Below are positions 62,645 to 64,000 of a DNA stretch of 64,000 bases, piece after piece (the stretch's first letter is position 1; every line of letters starts with the position of its first letter). The stretch spans positions 308,194,293-308,258,292 of the forward strand of contig NC_058130.1 of assembly GCF_016433145.1 (NCBI RefSeq), in the 5' to 3' direction. The stretch is from Gracilinanus agilis (taxonomy: Eukaryota). Made by a program: the position numbers and the translations under genes. The notes below the pieces were generated by a model. The model was given only the letters and a program-made list of their open reading frames with translations. It did not search any database and was not told where the DNA came from.

Positions 62645-62830
62645 TAATGATGTCAGAGAAACAGAGTTGTATAGTGGATAGAGGAAACAGGAAGGCCTGA
62701 GTTCATATCCAACCTCTGATACATATTGACTGTGTAACCCCCAGGCAAATCACTCTGTTCTAAGTAGCTCAAGTTGTAGGCAAGCTGAAGAGCTACATTG
62801 ATATAGGGAGTTTCCTTATGAAATCGTTCT
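62645..62830 (+). mobile_element. Old marsupial CORE-SINE
   Basis: tagtggatagag...gagttcatatcc...tgtgtaacccc, with the same tail type as the copy at 8240-8410. Confidence 0.6.
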
Positions 62831-62869
62831 GCTAAGTTGCTGAAATTACTTCTCCTTTCAAAAATAAAA

Positions 62870-64000
62870 AATGTTTAAATAGCCATAAGTTCAAAAAAGA
62901 GCTATTGGAAAAGCTTTAATAAAAAGACCTCAAAAACCAAATAAGAGAAGTTGAGGAAAAATTAGAAAAAATAAAAGCAATGCAAAAAAATCAAGAAAAT
63001 TATGAAAGATCACCCACATGGGAAAAGAGATCCAGAAACTTACAAAAGAAAATAATGCATTAAGAACTAGAATTGTACAAGGATAAGCTAATGATTTCCT
63101 AAGGCAACAAGAAATAATAAATCAAAATAAAAAGAATGAAATAGTAGAAAAGAATATGAAATATCTTTTCACAAAAACAACTGACCTGGAAAATAGATCA
63201 AGGAAAGACCATATAAGAATAATTGGACTCCTGGAAAGTTATGATACAAAAGAGTTTAGACACCCTAATCCAAGAAATCATCAAAGACTACCCAGAAATT
63301 CTAGAAACAGAGGATAAACTAGAAATAGAAACAATTCACCAATTACTACCTGAAGGAGACCCAAAGATGAAAATGCACAGGAACATCATTGCTAAGTTTT
63401 GTAGTTCCAAGGTTATGAAAAAAATACAAGTAACAAGAAAAAGCCAATTTAACTACTGTGGAACTACTGTCATAATAACACAAGAATTAGCAGCCAAAAC
63501 ATGAAAAGAATACAAGACATGTAACAGTATTTTGTAGAGCAAAAGCACTGGGCTTACAATCAAGAATAACATATCCACCAAAGATGAGCATAAAATGGAT
63601 ACATACAGAGGTTTCAATTATTCCTGAAGAAAAACCCAGAACTCGGCAGAAAATTTTATCTAAAAGAAGCTCAGAAATGTAATGAAAGATCAATCATAAG
63701 CAAACCAAAAGGGAGAATTGTTTGATTGTAGTATGGGAAAATTCCATCTATGGCCCTTGGTTATTGCATGAGTATTTTGAAGGGATGGCTATCGATGGAA
63801 GACTCTAGGTTGAGGGAATGGAATGGAATTGAGGGAATGGAATGGAATGAGCCCAAATGGTAGTGGAATAGACCAGAAGGAGGCAGGGTAGAATGGCTAT
63901 CTCATATGGAGGAGGAATCAGTGGCGGAACTGCCACAGAGAAGAGGATAAGGGAGTCAAGTGATGGGAGTACTAGAACCTAACTCTTATCAGATCTGGAA
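62870..64000 (+). mobile_element. L1 ORF1 relic and inter-ORF region (runs off the window)
   Basis: DLENRSRKDHIRIIGLLESYD resembles L1 ORF1 DLENRSRRDNLRIIGLPESHD; RNIIAKF motif. Frameshifted. Confidence 0.88.

Noticed and set aside
62870-63700. Coiled-coil-like ORFs as a host gene
   Set aside because: Frameshifted L1 ORF1 remnant.

Overview
AT-rich, CpG-depleted vertebrate DNA. The SINE, L1, L2 and L3 complement points to a marsupial, most likely an opossum (Monodelphis-like). The window holds one protein-coding gene, RGMB (repulsive guidance molecule B, DRAGON), on the minus strand. Its three coding exons are 36637-36502, 30923-30415 and 10492-9821 (136+509+672 nt, 438 aa). The 3' UTR is about 2.6 kb with AATAAA at 7280-7275, and the promoter is a CpG island at about 35.9-37.7 kb. 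The rest is mostly retroposon relics (CORE-SINEs, L1, L2, L3/CR1, solo LTRs, hAT MITEs), microsatellites and three N gaps. The most interesting signal is the RGMB 5' architecture. A distal GAS/NF-kB/TATA/Inr promoter (about 41.61-41.69 kb) has a first exon ending in a perfect donor at 41384. That exon would splice in frame, through an acceptor at 36743 with a 141-nt AG-free zone, to give an N-terminally extended RGMB carrying RKKRKR ahead of the signal peptide. The proximal leader instead carries uORFs. A dyad-symmetric NF-Y module and an ACUAAC cluster lie between the two promoters. Splice and isoform models are sequence-based predictions, and comparisons to human or mouse are from memory and need checking.
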